Of a stretch of DNA of 37,017 nucleotides, positions 36,203 to 37,017 are shown piece after piece. The stretch is taken from NCBI GenBank assembly GCA_964007735.1, contig CAXGAI010000044.1:1-37017 (forward strand), written 5' to 3'. The DNA comes from an uncultured Rhodopirellula sp. (GTDB lineage Bacteria > Planctomycetota > Planctomycetia > Pirellulales > Pirellulaceae). The position numbers were made by a program, and so were the translations under genes. Position 1 is the first letter of the stretch; each line of letters starts with the position of its first letter. Below the pieces are notes generated by a model, which worked only from the letters and a program-made list of their open reading frames with translations, was not told the DNA's origin and searched no databases.

Positions 36203-37017
36203 GCTGCATTTCCTGTACGACCTGAATGAAAACGTCTTCCATACTTACTTTAGCTGGCACAATACTCTGGACTCCGGCACTAGTGTCGAATGCCCATTGC
36301 CAAATATCTTCCTCAGTCAAGCCGCCTTGAGCTTCCAGGGTGATCACTCCGACAGGACTGACACTAGGCACAACATTATTCTCTCGTGCTAATTGCATGA
36401 ATTGCTCTGCATTGCCCGTGATTCGCACCTGATAAGAGGGTGAAAGAGGCCGACGCAGGTTTTCTACCGTATCTACAACTGGTATCGTCCCATCGACTAA
36501 AACAGCCGCATAATCACAGATTTGTTGGACGTCTTTAAGAATATGTGTGCAGATCATCACAGACATACCAGTCCGTTCTCCGAGCATTTCGATTCGACGA
36601 AGCATCGCCATTCGTTCTTCAGGGTCGAGTCCACTAGTTGGTTCGTCGAGTATCAGAAACTTAGGAGAGTGAACGATTGCCTGAGCGAATTTTAGTTTTT
36701 GTCGCATCCCGGTCGAATAAGTCTCTATTTGCCGGTAGCGTTCCTGACCTGTTCCGCAGAAGTCTAGAACTTCATGAGCTCGTTGTAAAGAATGCAGTGG
36801 CGGGTAACCCGTTAATTGAGCTGCGAACTGTACCATTTCAACGCCTGCAATCCCTTCAATGAAACAATCATCTTCGGGCATGTAACCTACGTTACTGCGG
36901 ATAGTCTGAAAGTTTGAGGGGGTCACCTCGTAACCCAGAATCCGAGCCTGTCCTTCTGTTAAGGCGGCCAGTCCCAAGAGCGTTTTGATGAGGGTACTCT
37001 TACCGGCCCCGTTAGGT
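36189..37017 (-). CDS. ABC transporter ATP-binding protein, 5'-truncated by the window edge
   Basis: The frame stays open to the right edge, reading PNGAGKSTLIKTLLGL (Walker A) and then GYMPE, YSTGMRQK, ILDEPT and CTHIL. Confidence 0.93.
   Translation of the reverse strand, partial: PNGAGKSTLIKTLLGLAALTEGQARILGYEVTPSNFQTIRSNVGYMPEDDCFIEGIAGVEMVQFAAQLTGYPPLHSLQRAHEVLDFCGTGQERYRQIETYSTGMRQKLKFAQAIVHSPKFLILDEPTSGLDPEERMAMLRRIEMLGERTGMSVMICTHILKDVQQICDYAAVLVDGTIPVVDTVENLRRPLSPSYQVRITGNAEQFMQLARENNVVPSVSPVGVITLEAQGGLTEEDIWQWAFDTSAGVQSIVPAKVSMEDVFIQVVQEMQHGYQ

Noticed and set aside
1..37017. CRISPR arrays, tRNA/rRNA genes, IS elements or prophage
   Set aside because: All intergenic gaps are under about 250 nt and show no spaced repeats or cloverleafs, and no ORF resembles a transposase, integrase or phage protein.

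Overview
A gene-dense bacterial chromosomal segment, almost certainly Planctomycetota and probably Pirellulaceae-like. The taxonomic call rests on a DUF1549/DUF1553 protein, a planctomycete cytochrome c-WD40 protein, an ECF sigma/Ser-Thr kinase pair, a GYF_2 protein and a PQQ-like propeller. The left + strand run is housekeeping: membrane pyrophosphatase hppA, rsfS, argS, dGTPase, PIN/TRAM, uvrA-crcB, ilvB and a DAACS symporter. A 13-kb - strand run encodes mostly exported or membrane proteins: cytochrome c-WD40, DUF1549/1553, an ABC-2 pair, DUF1990, ECF sigma plus kinase, FKBP, a PQQ sugar dehydrogenase and a Kelch protein. These are followed by an orphan ECF, a beta-CASP nuclease, a GYF_2 protein and a four-gene ABC module. 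I saw no tRNA, rRNA, CRISPR array, transposase or phage gene. The best leads are (1) a three-way-junction RNA with an embedded Leu/Ile rare-codon uORF in the ilvB leader, (2) Na+,H+-PPase signature residues plus a large insert in HppA, (3) a probable phosphorylation-activated ECF paired with an intramembrane-sensing kinase, and (4) an EF-hand-like loop in an ABC-2 permease. All calls are by-eye motif recognition; no searches were run.
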